A DNA stretch of 56,493 nt from Candidatus Dojkabacteria bacterium. GTDB taxonomy: Bacteria > Patescibacteriota > Dojkabacteria > J137. The position numbers and the translations under genes are program-made. The notes below the pieces were generated by a model, which saw nothing but the letters and a program-made list of their open reading frames with translations, made no database searches and was not told the origin of the DNA. Shown here one piece after another: positions 54,917 through 56,493 of this stretch (positions are counted from its first letter, which is position 1; each line of letters starts with the position of its first letter). The stretch spans positions 60,498 through 116,990 of the forward strand of contig JANWZV010000001.1 in the NCBI GenBank assembly GCA_025061805.1, in the 5' to 3' direction.

Positions 54917-56493
54917 ATGTTAATAAGAAAAATACTTCTAAAATTTAACTTACGAAGTCTTTTGTTGTTTTTTTCCGAAAAATATAAGCAAGTACAACAA
55001 AAAGATCATTCCAACAAATATAAATCACTTGAAGAATTTATTAAGTCAATCGAAGAACTGCTTAGAAAAGAAAATAAATTCCAATTCATAGAACCATACA
55101 TAAAATGGATAGTACAGAGATATGTAACTAATAATCTTGGATTGTATGAAGATGTGGTAAGTAGAGTCATACCAAGATTATTGAAGTATGATTCTTTGAA
55201 AAGAAAGAATAAATTAAGACCGAATCACAAAGACATAAGTCAAATAAAAAACATAGATCAGTTATTGGATGTCTTAGACGAATATCAAGAAGAGAAAACC
55301 GATTCAAAGAGTGAAGAAGAAAAAAGGATAGAACAAGAATTTTATTCATCTGGCGAAGCAGAATTGATTTATGATGATCATGAAATAAAAATAGTAATTC
55401 CTAAGACAGAAAGAGCAAATTGTTATTTTGGAAGAAATACAAGATGGCGCACTGCTGTCAAATATTCTAATAATTATTTTAGTGATTATAATAAAAAAGG
55501 ACCTTTATATATTATATTAATTAAAAAAGAAAACAAAAGATATCAATTTCATTTTGCAACAGATCAATTTAGAAATGAACAAGACAAATCCATAAATCCT
55601 AATTTATTGGCAGATAAATATCCTATATTATGGGAAATATTCACTCCTATAGCAGAAAAGTACAAGACGATATTTTTGAACAAAAATCCCTCGGAAGAAT
55701 CACAAATAAAAAGCATAAAAAGATGGCCCTATGATTTCATTTACATAAAAAATCCAAGCGAAGGAGCTCAATTGGAAGCAATTGAACATTCTCCCTATTT
55801 TATTAGACATATAAAAAATCCGAGTGAAAAAGTTCAATTAGCAGCAGTAAGAAAAAATGGTCTTACTATAAAATTCATAAAAAACCCATCTGAAGATATT
55901 CAATTGGAAGCAGTCAGAAACAATGGACTTGCTTTGCAATATATAAGAAATCCATCTGAAAAAGTTCAATTAGAAGCAATTAGAAAAAATCCATATGCTA
56001 TAGAATTTATAGAAAATCCAAGCGAAGAATTTCAGTTGGAAGCAATAAATAAAACGCCGTATGTTTTAAAATATATTGAAAATCCATCTGAAAAAGTTCA
56101 ATTAAAAGCAGTCAGGCAAAATAGTTCTTTTATCAAGATTATAAGAAACTCAAGTGAAAAAGTACAATTGACGGCAATAAATGATAATCCAATTGCTATA
56201 GTATTTATTAAAAATCCGATGGAAAAAGTTCAATTGGAAGCAGTTAAAAAAGATGCAACTGTCATAAGATATATCGAAAATCCTAGTGAAAAAGTTCAAT
56301 TGGAAGCAGTTAAACGGGATGAAGCTTTCATAAGATATATCAAAAATCCGAGTGAAAAAGTTCAGCTGGAGGCAGTCAAAAAATATGGAACTCTCATAAA
56401 ATATATTAAAAATCCGAGCGAAGAAGTTCAACTAGAAGCAGTAAAACAAAACAAAGATGCAATAAAATACATCGAAAACCCGTCAAAAAAGGT
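54917..56493 (+). CDS. NTRWC-module family protein, paralog 3, with a C-terminal array of 22-aa NPSExVQLEAV repeats; the gene runs off the right edge
   Basis: My own translation is MLIRKILLKFNLRSLLLFFSEKYKQVQQ...NCYFGRNTRWRTAV...GPLYIILIKKENKRYQFHFATDQF..., followed by (I/Y)IKNPSEKVQLEAVKxxxxxIxY repeated many times. It is absent from the ORF track because it is open at the edge. Confidence 0.7.
   Translation, partial: MLIRKILLKFNLRSLLLFFSEKYKQVQQKDHSNKYKSLEEFIKSIEELLRKENKFQFIEPYIKWIVQRYVTNNLGLYEDVVSRVIPRLLKYDSLKRKNKLRPNHKDISQIKNIDQLLDVLDEYQEEKTDSKSEEEKRIEQEFYSSGEAELIYDDHEIKIVIPKTERANCYFGRNTRWRTAVKYSNNYFSDYNKKGPLYIILIKKENKRYQFHFATDQFRNEQDKSINPNLLADKYPILWEIFTPIAEKYKTIFLNKNPSEESQIKSIKRWPYDFIYIKNPSEGAQLEAIEHSPYFIRHIKNPSEKVQLAAVRKNGLTIKFIKNPSEDIQLEAVRNNGLALQYIRNPSEKVQLEAIRKNPYAIEFIENPSEEFQLEAINKTPYVLKYIENPSEKVQLKAVRQNSSFIKIIRNSSEKVQLTAINDNPIAIVFIKNPMEKVQLEAVKKDATVIRYIENPSEKVQLEAVKRDEAFIRYIKNPSEKVQLEAVKKYGTLIKYIKNPSEEVQLEAVKQNKDAIKYIENPSKK
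55685..56493 (+). repeat. In-frame tandem coding repeats with a 66-nt (22-aa) period, at least 12 units, reminiscent of DUF4116-type repeats
   Basis: AATCC(N)AG(C/T)GAA (NPSE) recurs at 55685, 55751, 55817 and onward with a 66-nt spacing. The repeat continues to the window edge. Confidence 0.85.

Noticed and set aside
55685-56493. CRISPR-like regular repeats
   Set aside because: The 66-nt period is an in-frame 22-aa protein repeat, degenerate at the DNA level, with no unique spacers. The only other tandem repeat (27592-27645) has just two abutting copies.
1-56493. Alternative genetic code (stop-codon reassignment) as the explanation for the truncated polymerase fragment and the radical SAM pseudogene
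   Set aside because: TAA, TAG and TGA all terminate well-supported genes at sensible boundaries. Examples are TAA at 1079 followed by an SD, TGA in the ATGA overlaps at 731 and 15618, and TAG at 26291. The pseudogene also needs frameshifts, not just read-through.

Overview
The window is a gene-dense, extremely AT-rich segment of a T4-like tailed phage (myovirus). Genes have bacterial GGAG Shine-Dalgarno sites and ATGA/TAATG start-stop coupling, and TAA, TAG and TGA all act as stops. I found no tRNA, CRISPR array, integrase or reverse transcriptase. Virion genes: a gp25-like wedge protein followed by a 1160-aa gp6/J-like protein; a gp4-like head-completion protein; gp48/gp54-type tube-fold proteins; a gp53-like wedge protein; a 917-aa G/S/N/T-rich repeat fibre; an Ig-repeat fibre or baseplate protein; and two paralogous beta-propeller-like proteins. 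Nucleotide metabolism genes: GMP reductase (guaC), RNR beta subunit (nrdB), dCMP deaminase, a deoxyribonucleotidase and a SAM methyltransferase. Other notable genes are a full-length ClpA-type double AAA+ unfoldase, and four intact radical SAM genes plus one decayed copy. Most remaining ORFs are K/E/N/I-rich hypotheticals. Most unusual observations: (1) The family-B DNA polymerase is in pieces that are out of order, and one piece ends in what looks like a split-intein N-half at the YGDTD|S site. (2) A roughly 260-bp island of about 57% GC sits in about 20% GC surroundings, directly upstream of one member of a four-member paralog family. (3) The radical SAM genes are expanded and interleaved with virion genes. 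(4) An NATAAATA motif (T4 late-promoter-like) recurs 5-32 nt upstream of many start codons. The host and lineage are only inferred. The low GC, T4-like modules and multiple radical SAM genes resemble Campylobacter-infecting T4-related phages, but this needs a database search.
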